Assembly: GCA_963726745.1 (NCBI GenBank)
Contig: CAVSDR010000004.1
Location: 32,001-96,000 of the forward strand
Length of the DNA: 64,000 bases
From: an uncultured Verrucomicrobiae bacterium
Lineage (GTDB): Bacteria; Verrucomicrobiota; Verrucomicrobiia; Chthoniobacterales; UBA10450
Reading direction: 5' to 3'
Numbering within the stretch: position 1 is the first letter of the stretch; the number at the start of each line of letters is the position of its first letter. The position numbers and the translations under genes are program-made. The notes under the pieces are model-generated. The model was given only the letters and a program-made list of their open reading frames with translations. It was not told where the DNA came from and did no database searches. This document shows, piece by piece, positions 30,763 through 40,918 of this stretch.

Positions 30763-31170
30763 ATGCGTCTCTTTTGCCTCCTGCTCGTCGTCCTCGGCCT
30801 AACGAGTTGCGCCGTCACTTCCAGCCATCAGTTCGCGGCGCCCGGCGCGCAGTGGCAGACCCGCGCCGGCCAGCTCGCTTATCGCAGCCCCAAGATCTCG
30901 CTCATCGGCGACGTGCTCGTGCGTTTCTCCGCTGCCGGCGACATGGAGCTGCGCTTCAGTAAAGCCCCCGGCCTCACGCTCATGACCATTCGGCAGGATG
31001 CGAATTTCGGCAGCGCCGAAGGTCCCCTCGCCCGCGGGAAATGGGCCGGCCCGCTCACGACCGCGCCACCACGTCTGCGCGGCTGGTTTGCGCTCCGCGA
31101 AAAAATCCTCGCCGGCCAGGCCGCGGTGCAACTTCAAAGCGGCGGCGAAAGCTTCAATCTCCGCTTTTGA
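30763..31170 (+). CDS. Small lipoprotein
   Basis: MRLFCLLLVVLGLTSC lipobox. Confidence 0.75.
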   Translation: MRLFCLLLVVLGLTSCAVTSSHQFAAPGAQWQTRAGQLAYRSPKISLIGDVLVRFSAAGDMELRFSKAPGLTLMTIRQDANFGSAEGPLARGKWAGPLTTAPPRLRGWFALREKILAGQAAVQLQSGGESFNLRF

Positions 31171-31218
31171 CCCCTGCGGCGGGAGACGCGAGCTTCGCGC
31201 CTTCGCCCCGCTTTTCGC

Positions 31219-33750
31219 ATGCCGCTTCACACAACCATCAGCCGACTCGTCACCGAACGACGCGGCCTGGTCTGGCTGGGCGTTCTCCTAATCATCGGCG
31301 CCTCGCTCTTCATCCTCGTCACCCGGATGAAGCTCGACACCGAGGTGCTCAATCTCCTTCCCTCCGGCTTCGAATCGGTCGAAGGCCTGAAGATTTACAA
31401 TCGGGACTTTGCGCAGGTGCGCGAGCTCACCTTCGCGCTTGTCGCGCGCCCGGAGGATGCCGACAAGCTCGAGGAATTCGCCCCGCAATTTGCCGACGCT
31501 TTGCGCGCCCAGCCTTGGTGCACCCGTGTGCTCGCGGGCGCGCCGATTGAAACGCCCGAAGGCATTCGCGACTTGCAGGCCATCGCCGTGCCGCTCCTGC
31601 TCAATCTTGAGCCGGGGGCCTTCAAGGAAACGATCGCGCTGCTGGAGCCGGTGAAGATCCAGGAGCGGCTCGCGCGCTTGCACCAGGAGATCGAGGCTGG
31701 ATCGCCGCGCCCGCAGTTTGAGCTCTCGTTAGACCCGCTCGGGGTGATCGCGCCCGCGCTCAAGCCTTTCGCGAGCAACGCCGCGATCGAGGAGGACCAG
31801 CCGCTCACCTCTCCCGATCGCACCATGCGCGTCTTCCTCACGGTCACGAATCAACCCACGATCAGCGCCTTCGATTGCCAGGCCTTGATGGAACAAGTGA
31901 ACGCCTTTCGCGCCCGCGCGAGCGAGGGCTGGGAAGGCGGCCCGCTCGAGATCCTGGTCACCGGCCGCTCCGCTTACGTCGCGGAGATTTCGCTCAGCAT
32001 GCGGCACGACATCATCATCACCGTCCTCTTCTCGATCATTCTCGTCGGCGGAGTTTTCTGGATCGGTTTCCGCCGCTGGCTGCCGCTCCTCGGGATGGGT
32101 TTTTCGCTCCTGCTTTGCTGCCTGGTCGCGCTCGCGGCTGGGCTGCTCATCTTCGGCGAGCTCAACATGGTCACGGTCGGCTTTTGCGCCATCCTCATCG
32201 GGCTCGGCGTCGATTTTGCCATCCTGATCTTCGGGCGTTACCAGCAGGCCCGCGACGACGGGCATGATCATCCCACCGCGGTCAGCGAAGCGATCCGCAA
32301 CCTCGGGCGCGCCATCTTCTTCGGCGCGCTCACCACCGCGGTTGGCTTCCTCGCATTGCTCTTAAGCAACAGTGGAGGCTTCACGCAACTCGGCGTGCTC
32401 ATCGCCATCGGCATCTTTTTAGCCGGCATCTTCATGATGACGGTTTTCTTCCTCTTCCTGCGCGCCAAAGCGCCCGCGCAAAAGCACGATTGGATCTTCA
32501 CCCTGGTGAAGCGCTACGTCCGCTGGACCGTGCGGCGGCCGGCGATCATGCTCAGCATTTCCGTGCCCGTGCTTCTGCTCCTGAGCGCGCTGGCCGTTTC
32601 CCCGCGGCCGCGCCTGATTTTCGATGCGAGCACGGAATCGATGGAGCCAAAGTCGAGCGCCGCCGGCTACGCCTTGCACACGATCATGGCGAAAATGCCC
32701 GCGCGCTGGGAGCCCGCCATCGGGATGGTGCGCGCGGACGATCCGCAGCAGCTCCATGATTACTGGCAGAAACTCTCCGCGCATTGGGCCGAGCTCCAGG
32801 CCGCCGGCAAGATCAAAGGCTTCTCCACGCCCGCCGCGCTCGCGCTTTCGCCGGCCCGCCTCGCGCAAAACCGCGCCGCGCTGCATTCGTTAGACTTCAA
32901 CCGCATCCGCCAGGCCCTCGAGACTTCCGTCGCTGCTGAAGGCTTCAGCCCGGAGACCTTTGCCAGCGGCTTCACCTTGCTCGAACAGCTCGAGCGCGTG
33001 GCGGAGCCCAGCGCCGCGGTGCCCGATTGGCGCAGCTTGCTGCCTAAATCTTCAAGCTGGTGGTTCCTGGTCGATCGCTACTTCGCGCACGACCCGCGCC
33101 TAACGACCGGTTTCGTGACCACCCACGAGCCAATCAAGACCCAGGCGCAAAAAGAAATGCTCCGGCAAGAACTCCCGGTCCCGGGCGTCCCACTCACTCT
33201 TTCCGGCTGGAGCTTTACCCTCACCGACCTCATCCCGTGGTCGCATCGCCAGCTGCTTTTAATCAGCGCGCTCATGGCCATCTTCGATGCCACCCTGCTG
33301 GCCTTGCTCTATCGCGACTGGCGGCTCTGGGCGATCCAGGTCGCCACCCTCGCGCTCGCCGTCGGCGCGATGATTGCCTCGATGAAGCTGCTCTCGATTC
33401 CGCTCAATTTGCTCAACGTTCTCGCCTTCCGCCTGGTCCTGGCAATCGGCGTCGACTACGGCATCTACGTCCTGCTCGTCTGGCAAAAAGCGCGCCAGTT
33501 GGAGCACGATGTCGCGGGGGTGGTTAAGCCGGTCATCCTCGCCGGGCTGACGGCGATCGTTGGCTTTGGCTCGTTAGGCCTGGCCAATAATCCCACCCTC
33601 GCCGGCCTCGGAGTCGCCTGCGCCATCGGCATTTTCTGGAGCCTCGCGGCCACGGTTTTCTTCACCCTGCCCGCAACCGCTGCGGCCGAACCGAAAGTCT
33701 GGCGCGAAGAAACCGTCACCCCGCCCGTCAAAGCCACACAGCATGTTTAG
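31219..33750 (+). CDS. MMPL/RND family lipid exporter
   Basis: Two TM blocks with GLGVDFAI and AIGVDYGI; GALTTAVGF. Confidence 0.9.
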   Translation: MPLHTTISRLVTERRGLVWLGVLLIIGASLFILVTRMKLDTEVLNLLPSGFESVEGLKIYNRDFAQVRELTFALVARPEDADKLEEFAPQFADALRAQPWCTRVLAGAPIETPEGIRDLQAIAVPLLLNLEPGAFKETIALLEPVKIQERLARLHQEIEAGSPRPQFELSLDPLGVIAPALKPFASNAAIEEDQPLTSPDRTMRVFLTVTNQPTISAFDCQALMEQVNAFRARASEGWEGGPLEILVTGRSAYVAEISLSMRHDIIITVLFSIILVGGVFWIGFRRWLPLLGMGFSLLLCCLVALAAGLLIFGELNMVTVGFCAILIGLGVDFAILIFGRYQQARDDGHDHPTAVSEAIRNLGRAIFFGALTTAVGFLALLLSNSGGFTQLGVLIAIGIFLAGIFMMTVFFLFLRAKAPAQKHDWIFTLVKRYVRWTVRRPAIMLSISVPVLLLLSALAVSPRPRLIFDASTESMEPKSSAAGYALHTIMAKMPARWEPAIGMVRADDPQQLHDYWQKLSAHWAELQAAGKIKGFSTPAALALSPARLAQNRAALHSLDFNRIRQALETSVAAEGFSPETFASGFTLLEQLERVAEPSAAVPDWRSLLPKSSSWWFLVDRYFAHDPRLTTGFVTTHEPIKTQAQKEMLRQELPVPGVPLTLSGWSFTLTDLIPWSHRQLLLISALMAIFDATLLALLYRDWRLWAIQVATLALAVGAMIASMKLLSIPLNLLNVLAFRLVLAIGVDYGIYVLLVWQKARQLEHDVAGVVKPVILAGLTAIVGFGSLGLANNPTLAGLGVACAIGIFWSLAATVFFTLPATAAAEPKVWREETVTPPVKATQHV

Positions 33751-34403
33751 AATTCTCCTTTGCCTTTCGCTTCTCCTCCCGTCGCTTCTGCGCGCCGAGG
33801 CGCTCGCGCCGAACGACCTCAAAACGCTCCTCGGCCGCATCCGCGAAAAACGCGCCGCTGCCCCGCAGGTGCAGGCCGATTTCGAGGAAGAGAAGACGCT
33901 TCGGATGATGAATAAGCCCGTGGTCAGCGCGGGCAAAGTTTGGTTCCAGGCGCCGAATAAATTTCGCCGCGAAGTGAAGGGCAACGCGCCCAGCATAACC
34001 GTGAGCGATGGCGCGCAGCTGTGGATTTTCTACCCGAAATTCCAAAGCGCGGAGCACTACTCGTTAGGCCGGCGCGGACCGCTGGATGCCGGGATCGCCG
34101 CGATCACGGCCGCGCTTAACCTTGAGGGCGTGGAGAATAATTACCATCTCGCCGGCGCGCGTGAAGGTGCTGGCTATGTCCTCGAATTAACGCCCAAGCA
34201 CCCTTCGATGAAGCGCATGCTCCAGCGTTTCAGTATTCACCTGAACGACGGTCTTCAGGTCGAGCGCACCGAGATGTTGCAGCCGAACGGCGACCGAATC
34301 GTGACCAAGTACACGCGGCGAATCGCGCGCGCCGATTCCGGCCGACACCTTCGAGTTCACTCCGCCGGCGGGCACGAATGTGACCACGCCACTCGGTCGT
34401 TAG
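33743..34403 (+). CDS. LolA-like lipoprotein/lipid carrier, +1 frameshift near 34315
   Basis: ADFEEEK..SAGKVWFQAPNKFRRE..VSDG..LWIFYP; typical LolA end IPADTFEFTPPAGTNV lies in the shifted frame ending TAG 34401-34403. Confidence 0.82.
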
Positions 34404-36412
34404 GGCGCCGGCGTCGCTTCCAGTTCGGCGGCGCGTTTCGCGTGTGCGTCCGCTTCCGCGGCCCGGCCGAGCTCCGGAAGGATGATGGCTAAATTCTTGT
34501 GCGCGGTCAGGTCATCCGGCCGCGTTTGCAGGAGCCGCTCGTATTCCGCGGCCGCTTCCTCGAGCCGCTCGCTCCGCAGATAGCAGAGCGCGAGGTTCAT
34601 CTGCGCCGCGGGAAAATCACGCTGGATGCGCAGGGCCGCCTGGTATTCCGGAATCGCTTCCGCGCAGCGCTCCATGAGCGAAAGCGCGGTCGCGAGATTG
34701 TAATGCGGCTGCGCTTTCTCGGGCGCGAGTTCCGTCGCGCGGCGCAGATAGGTCAGCGCTTCCTGCATCTGTCCCATCACCCCGAGCGTCTGCCCGACGG
34801 TGGCCTGCAACTCGGCGTTTTGGGGATCGAGCTCGAGCGCGCGCTTCCAATGTTCCATCGCCGCCGGCACATCGCGGCGGCGCGCGTAGATGTCGCCTAA
34901 CAACTGCTCCAGGCCGGCATCCCACGGTTCGAGCTGCGCCAGCTTGAGCAGGTGCGCGAGCGCTTCGTCCTCGCGCCCCATTTGCAGCAAGAGCGCAGTC
35001 AGATTCCGCTGCGCGCTGGCCGACTCGGGGTTGGCCGCGAGCGATTTTTCGTAATACGGCAGCGCAGCATACGGCTGCCCCATGCGCGCGAGCGCGTAGC
35101 CGAGGTGGTTGTTCGCCTCCGCGTCCTCTGGCTGGCTCGCGAGGGCCGCGCGGTATTCCGCAACCGCCTCCTCGACGGCGCCGCGCTGGTCGAGCAAGAG
35201 GCCCAGCTGCGCGTGAGCCAGCGCGCTCTGCGGATTGCGCGCCAGTGTCGTTCGCCAAAGCGTTTCCGCGTCGCGGAAGTCGGCGCTGTGCCGCCAGGTG
35301 ACCGCGCCTAACGAGCCCAGGAGCAGCACCGCGACCGCTGGCTGCAGCCACGCGGCTTTGCGCGCGGCAAACAGAGCGATGCCGGCCGCGAGCAGAGCCA
35401 GCGGGCCGATCGCCGCGAGGTATTGCGCGTGATCCGCCGGGGGAACGCCGAGCGCCGGCAACAAAGCCACGCCAAAGAAAAGCAGCGCGGCGGCCACGCT
35501 CCGGCCGGCGGAACGGACACTGATCCACGCGACCAAAACAGCCAGCAAGATGAGCGCGGGCCAAAGGTAAGCCAGCGGCACAGCCGGCCCCGCCGGGTAA
35601 TCGAAAACAAGCGGAAGCGGCCAGGCCAATTTCGCGAGCGACAAACAGAAGGCCCACGAAGCCTGCAGCAGATGCGCCCCGGGATTCGCCGTGAAAAACT
35701 CAAGCAACTGCGCGCTGCTGCGCCACCAGACGCTGGCCGCGGCGAGCAAAAAGAACGGCGCCAGCTGTGCCCAACGCGCCAGCGCCAGCGGCTTCCGTTT
35801 CAACCAGAGAGCCAGCAAAAAAATAGCCGGCAAGATGACGGCCGCGCCGGCGCTCAGCAGCGCGGCCACAAAGAAGACCAGCGCCGCGAGGTAGAACAAG
35901 GCCCGCGCACGCGTGTCTTTCTTGAAAAACCGCGCCCAGCTCCAGAGGGCCGCGAGCGCAAAAAACGTCATGAGCACACGGCCGAGTTGCGCGACCCACG
36001 CGACCGTTTCCACCTGCACCGGGTGAAGCGCGAAGAGCGCCGCCGCGAGCCACGCGCCGGGTATGCGCAGCAATCGGAGCAGCCGCCAAAGCAGGAGCGC
36101 GTTGAGCGCGTGCAAGCCGAGGTTAACCCAATGGTAGCCGGCAGGCTGGACGCTCCAGAGCATCCACTCGAGCCGATAAATGGAGTTCGTCAGCGGGAAA
36201 TAATCCGCCGGCCGCGCAAAGGAACTCCAGATTTGCCGCCAGCCTTCCGCCGCGCTCAGCAGCGGATTTGCGGTCACCCGCAGGTCATCCTGCCAGATGA
36301 AACCGGCGCGCCAAACTTGCTGGTAAACTCCGAGCGTGAGCGCGAGCAGCAAAAGCGCGAGGAGCCACTGCGCCAGCCGCGTCTCGCTGAAGTTCGTTTT
36401 CTCTTCTTCCAC
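34400..36412 (-). CDS. TMTC-like GT-C membrane glycosyltransferase with C-terminal TPR repeats
   Basis: FIWQDD, YH.VNL.LH, LFALHPVQVETVAW, about 8 TPRs. Confidence 0.85.
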   Translation of the reverse strand: MEEEKTNFSETRLAQWLLALLLLALTLGVYQQVWRAGFIWQDDLRVTANPLLSAAEGWRQIWSSFARPADYFPLTNSIYRLEWMLWSVQPAGYHWVNLGLHALNALLLWRLLRLLRIPGAWLAAALFALHPVQVETVAWVAQLGRVLMTFFALAALWSWARFFKKDTRARALFYLAALVFFVAALLSAGAAVILPAIFLLALWLKRKPLALARWAQLAPFFLLAAASVWWRSSAQLLEFFTANPGAHLLQASWAFCLSLAKLAWPLPLVFDYPAGPAVPLAYLWPALILLAVLVAWISVRSAGRSVAAALLFFGVALLPALGVPPADHAQYLAAIGPLALLAAGIALFAARKAAWLQPAVAVLLLGSLGAVTWRHSADFRDAETLWRTTLARNPQSALAHAQLGLLLDQRGAVEEAVAEYRAALASQPEDAEANNHLGYALARMGQPYAALPYYEKSLAANPESASAQRNLTALLLQMGREDEALAHLLKLAQLEPWDAGLEQLLGDIYARRRDVPAAMEHWKRALELDPQNAELQATVGQTLGVMGQMQEALTYLRRATELAPEKAQPHYNLATALSLMERCAEAIPEYQAALRIQRDFPAAQMNLALCYLRSERLEEAAAEYERLLQTRPDDLTAHKNLAIILPELGRAAEADAHAKRAAELEATPAP

Positions 36413-36494
36413 AGACCTGCCGAGTTTTCGCGGATTCGCCCGGAGCGCAACAGACTTGTTTCCCCGCGCGAGGCCGCTAGCGTCCCGGACCGCG

Positions 36495-39400
36495 ATGCCG
36501 ATCCGACCTGCTCCTCTCGCCGCCTGCGCGCTTCTTCTTTCCACTCTTTTCGGCTTCGGCCAAATCACCACCACCCCTCGCCAGGGCCTGCGCGAGAATG
36601 ATCCACGCGTCCACGCCCTAACGAATGCGCGTGTGGTCACCGCGCCCGGGAAAGTCATCGAAAAGGGCACCGTCCTGATCCGCGATGGCTTGATCGTCGA
36701 GGCCGGGCCGGCAGTGAAAATCCCACCGGAAGCGCGCGTCTGGGATCTTGCTGGCAAAACGATTTACCCGGGCTTCATCGATTCCTACAGCCGCCTCGGT
36801 TTGCCCGAGACGCTTCAGCCGGAACCCATCCGCCGCCCGGATTCGGACCCCGATAATCCGGACGCGAAGCCGAAGGAAATTCCGCGCGAAGGCGTGAAAG
36901 GGACGCACGCCTGGAACCCGCGGGTCACGCCGGAGCGGAACGCGTCCGAGTTTCTCCGCCCCGATAAGAAAGGCGCGCAGAAGTTGCGCGACCTTGGTTT
37001 TACCAGCGCGCTGGTGGTGCCCGCGCGGGGCGTTTTTCGCGGCGCGAGCACGCTGGTCGATCTCGACGACGCGGAAGTCAATGCGACCGTGGTCGCGCCG
37101 CAGGTGGCGCAGCACATCGCTTTCGAGATCGAGCGCCGGCGCGATGGCGGCGGCTACCCGAGCTCCCTCATGGGCTGCATCGCGCTCATCCGCCAGACCC
37201 TGCTCGATGCCGGCTGGTATGCGGCGGCGCAGGAGGCGTATCGGAAAAATCCCGGAGCGAGTGAGCGGCCGGAAAACAACGCCAGCCTCGCGGCCCTCAC
37301 TGAGTGGACGCAGCGGAAACAACCGGCGGTCTTCGAAGCGGAGGATGAACAGGACGCCCTCCGCGCCTTGAAAATAGCCGACGAGTTCAAGGTCAAACCG
37401 ATCCTGCTCGGCAACGGCTACGAATACCGGGTGCGGAACTCGTTAGGCAAAACACCCGTCATCCTCACGCTCGATTTCCCGAAGACGCCCGAGATCGAGA
37501 AGCCGGAGCTGGCGCTCGAGTATCAACTCGACGAGCTGCAGCATTGGGATCGTGCCGCGAGCAATCCCGCGCTCCTCGCCGCCGCCGGCCACCCGATCGC
37601 TTTCACCACTGCGAAGCTCGAGAAGCCGGAGAAGGAATTCTGGTCGCGCGTGCGGCTCGCGGTGCGCCGCGGCTTGAGCAAAGAGAATGCGCTCGCCGCG
37701 CTCACCAGCGCGCCGGCGGAGATGTTCGGCGTGTCCGATCGCCTGGGCACGATCGCGCCCGGTCGCCTGGCGAATCTCGTGGTCACGAGCGGCGATCTCT
37801 TTGCCGAGAATGATGCGCGCGTTCTCAGCACCTGGGTCGACGGACGCTGGTATGAGACCGAGCGCGCGAACGAGCGCGACCCGCGCGGCACGTGGAACGT
37901 CACCCTCGGCGACAAGTCTGTGCCACTGGTGATCGAAGGCGAACAGGACAAGCTCGAGGCCAAGCTGGCCGACCAGAAAGTTTCGTTCTTCACCAAGGAC
38001 GGCGCCGTCCTCCTGATCGCGCCGGCGAAGATTTTCGAGAAAGGCGACGGTTCCTTGCGCCTTTCCGGTCGGCTGGTAGACGACAAGATCGACGGCGCGG
38101 ATGAGCTTCCCTGGAGCGCGCAACGCACCGCCCAATATGCCGGCAAAAAGAAAGACGAGAAACCCTCGCCGCTCGACCAGCCGCTCGATTTTCCCGAGAC
38201 CTTCCCTGCCGGCGCCTACGGCCGAACCGCGCCGCCCGCACAGCCTGCGGTCTTCATCCATGGCGCGACCGTCTGGACCGTCGGCCCGCAGGGCACTTTG
38301 CAAAACGCCGACCTCCTGGTGAGCGGAGGGAAAATCACCGCGGTCGGCCCGGGCTTGAAAGCCCCCGCGGGCGCCACCGTGATCGAGGGCCAGGGCGTGC
38401 ACGTGACGCCGGGAATCATCGATTGCCATTCGCACACCGCGATCAGCCGTGGAGTGAATGAAGGAACGCACGCGGTCACCTGCGAAGTGCGCGTGGGCGA
38501 TGTGGTCGATGCGACCGACATTGCGATTTACCGCGAGCTCGCCGGCGGGACGACGACGGCGAATTTGCTCCACGGCTCGGCCAACCCGATTGGCGGCCAG
38601 AACCAAGTGGTCAAGTTCCGCTGGGGCGCGCTCCCGGAGGAGTTGAAATTCGAGGGCGCGATGCCGGGCGTGAAATTCGCCCTGGGCGAAAACGTGAAGC
38701 AATCGAACTGGGGCGAGCGGAACACCACTCGTTATCCGCAAACGCGCATGGGTGTGGAAGAGCTCATCCGCGACCGCTTCCGCGCGGCCCAGGAATACGA
38801 CGCGGAAGCGAAACGCAAAGGCCCCCTGCCCTTCCGCCGCGACCTGCAGCTCGAGGCGTTATCGGAAATCGTGAACAACAAGCGGCTCATTCATTGCCAT
38901 TCCTACCGGCAGGATGAAGTGCTCGCGCTCCTGCGCGTCACCGGCGAATTCAAGATCCAGGTCGGCACTCTCCAGCACATCCTCGAGGGCTACAAAGTAG
39001 CCGACGAGATCAAGGCCGCGGGTATCGGCGCCTCGACCTTTGCCGATTGGTGGGGCTACAAGGTCGAGGCCTTCGACGCCATCCCTTACAACGCCCCGAT
39101 GATGGTCAGCCGCGGCGTTTTGACGACGGTAAACTCCGACAGCCCCGACCTCGCGCGCCGGCTCAACACCGAGGCCGGGAAGTCGATGAAATATGGCGGC
39201 CTGCCCGCGGAGGAAGCGCTCAAGCTGGTCACGATCAACGCCGCCAAACAGCTCCGGATCGACGCGAAAGTCGGCTCGCTCGAGGTGGGCAAGGACGCAG
39301 ACTTTGTCCTCTGGAGTGACAATCCGCTGTCTAATTACGCGCACGCCAACCAGACCTGGATCGAGGGCCGGAAATACTTCGATCGCGCGGAGGACCTCGA

Positions 39401-39614
39401 GTCGCGCAAAGCCTACGCCGCGCAGCGCGAGGCGCTGGTGCAAAAGGCGCTGGCGGAACGCGTGAAGGAAATCGGCAAACCGAAGGAGAACGGCGAGGAG
39501 AAAAAAGGCAGCGAAAAGACGCCGCCCCCTTCGCCGGAAGACTGGGAGCGCGCGCATGAACTCGTCGGCTCCTACGGCGACGGGAGCGATCGCTATTCCT
39601 GCCATCACGAATAA
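36495..39614 (+). CDS. Secreted double-domain amidohydrolase
   Basis: Signal peptide; second domain IDCHSH, VKFALGENVK, IHCHSY, LQHILEG, NSD. Confidence 0.88.
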   Translation: MPIRPAPLAACALLLSTLFGFGQITTTPRQGLRENDPRVHALTNARVVTAPGKVIEKGTVLIRDGLIVEAGPAVKIPPEARVWDLAGKTIYPGFIDSYSRLGLPETLQPEPIRRPDSDPDNPDAKPKEIPREGVKGTHAWNPRVTPERNASEFLRPDKKGAQKLRDLGFTSALVVPARGVFRGASTLVDLDDAEVNATVVAPQVAQHIAFEIERRRDGGGYPSSLMGCIALIRQTLLDAGWYAAAQEAYRKNPGASERPENNASLAALTEWTQRKQPAVFEAEDEQDALRALKIADEFKVKPILLGNGYEYRVRNSLGKTPVILTLDFPKTPEIEKPELALEYQLDELQHWDRAASNPALLAAAGHPIAFTTAKLEKPEKEFWSRVRLAVRRGLSKENALAALTSAPAEMFGVSDRLGTIAPGRLANLVVTSGDLFAENDARVLSTWVDGRWYETERANERDPRGTWNVTLGDKSVPLVIEGEQDKLEAKLADQKVSFFTKDGAVLLIAPAKIFEKGDGSLRLSGRLVDDKIDGADELPWSAQRTAQYAGKKKDEKPSPLDQPLDFPETFPAGAYGRTAPPAQPAVFIHGATVWTVGPQGTLQNADLLVSGGKITAVGPGLKAPAGATVIEGQGVHVTPGIIDCHSHTAISRGVNEGTHAVTCEVRVGDVVDATDIAIYRELAGGTTTANLLHGSANPIGGQNQVVKFRWGALPEELKFEGAMPGVKFALGENVKQSNWGERNTTRYPQTRMGVEELIRDRFRAAQEYDAEAKRKGPLPFRRDLQLEALSEIVNNKRLIHCHSYRQDEVLALLRVTGEFKIQVGTLQHILEGYKVADEIKAAGIGASTFADWWGYKVEAFDAIPYNAPMMVSRGVLTTVNSDSPDLARRLNTEAGKSMKYGGLPAEEALKLVTINAAKQLRIDAKVGSLEVGKDADFVLWSDNPLSNYAHANQTWIEGRKYFDRAEDLESRKAYAAQREALVQKALAERVKEIGKPKENGEEKKGSEKTPPPSPEDWERAHELVGSYGDGSDRYSCHHE

Positions 39615-40912
39615 TGAAGCACTCGTTAGCCATCTTCCTGCTCGGTCTTTCGCTGGCGCGCGCCTCCACTCAGATTCCCGCGCCGCCGCAGACGCGCCCG
39701 ATCGCCCTTCGCGGCGCGACCCTCCATCCGGTGAGCGGCCCGGAGATCGCCGGCGGCACGCTTGTTTTCGAAAACGGCAAGATCACCGCGCTCGGCCCCG
39801 AGGCCGCGCCGCCGGCAAATGCCGAGGTCATCGATCTCGCCGGCAAACACGTTTACCCGGGCTTGATCAGCGCAAACACCGTCCTCGGCTTGACCGAGAT
39901 CGGCGCGGTCCGCTCGACCGCCGACTACGCGGAGGCAGGCAAAATTAACCCGAACGCGCGCGCCGCCACGAGCTTGAATCCAGACAGCGAATTGCTCCCG
40001 GTCACGCGCAGCAATGGCATCCTCACCGTGCTCTCGGTGCCCGAGGGCGGCCTCATCTCCGGGCTTTCCGCGGTAGTGCGCATGGATGGCTGGACGCCGG
40101 CGGAGTTGACCATCCGCGCGCCCGCGGCGCTCCACCTTCGCTGGCCGGAAATGCGGATCAATCGCGATCCGCGCGCGCCGAAAACCACCGACGATCAGCA
40201 AAAGGAAATCGACCAGGCAGTGCGCACGATCCGTGACGCTTTCGCGATTGCCCGTTCGTACTGGCAGGCGAAGAAAACCGCTGCACCGGATTTCAAGATC
40301 GACCAGCGCTGGGAAGCGATGCTGCCGGTCTTCGACGGGAAGTTACCGGTCTTTGTGCATGCCGACAGCGTCGCCGAAATCGAGTCCGCGCTCGCCTGGG
40401 CGCGGGACGCGCAGTTGAAGTTTACCCTCGTGGGCGGGCACGATGCCTGGCGGATGGCCGCGCAGCTCAAGGCCAGCGACATCCCGGTGATCGTGAGCAT
40501 GCCCACGGCGCTCCCGCCGCGGCGCGACGATCCCTACGACAGCCAATTCAGCAATGCCGCCGAATTGCAGAAAGCCGGCGTTCGATTCTGCATCGCCCGC
40601 ACCGGTCGCGAAAGCGAAGGCCCGCACGAGCGCAACATGCCCTACGAAGCCTCGATGTCGGCCGCCTATGGCTTGCCGAAGGACGAGGCGCTCAAGGCGG
40701 TCACGCTTTACCCCGCGCAGCTCCTTGGCGTGGCCGAGCAACTCGGCTCGCTCGAGGTCGGCAAGGCCGCGACCTTGATCGTGACCGATGGCGACCCGCT
40801 CGATTTCCCGACCAATGTCGAGGCGGCCTACATCGATGGCCGCCGGATCGATCTCGGCAATCGCCAAACGGAACTGCGCGACAAGTATCTCGAGAAATAT
40901 CGCCGGAACTAG
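39614..40912 (+). CDS. Secreted amidohydrolase-fold protein lacking HxH
   Basis: YPGLISANTVLGLTEI, GSLEVGKAATL; TAATG coupling to upstream gene. Confidence 0.85.
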   Translation: MKHSLAIFLLGLSLARASTQIPAPPQTRPIALRGATLHPVSGPEIAGGTLVFENGKITALGPEAAPPANAEVIDLAGKHVYPGLISANTVLGLTEIGAVRSTADYAEAGKINPNARAATSLNPDSELLPVTRSNGILTVLSVPEGGLISGLSAVVRMDGWTPAELTIRAPAALHLRWPEMRINRDPRAPKTTDDQQKEIDQAVRTIRDAFAIARSYWQAKKTAAPDFKIDQRWEAMLPVFDGKLPVFVHADSVAEIESALAWARDAQLKFTLVGGHDAWRMAAQLKASDIPVIVSMPTALPPRRDDPYDSQFSNAAELQKAGVRFCIARTGRESEGPHERNMPYEASMSAAYGLPKDEALKAVTLYPAQLLGVAEQLGSLEVGKAATLIVTDGDPLDFPTNVEAAYIDGRRIDLGNRQTELRDKYLEKYRRN

Positions 40913-40918
40913 GCCGCG

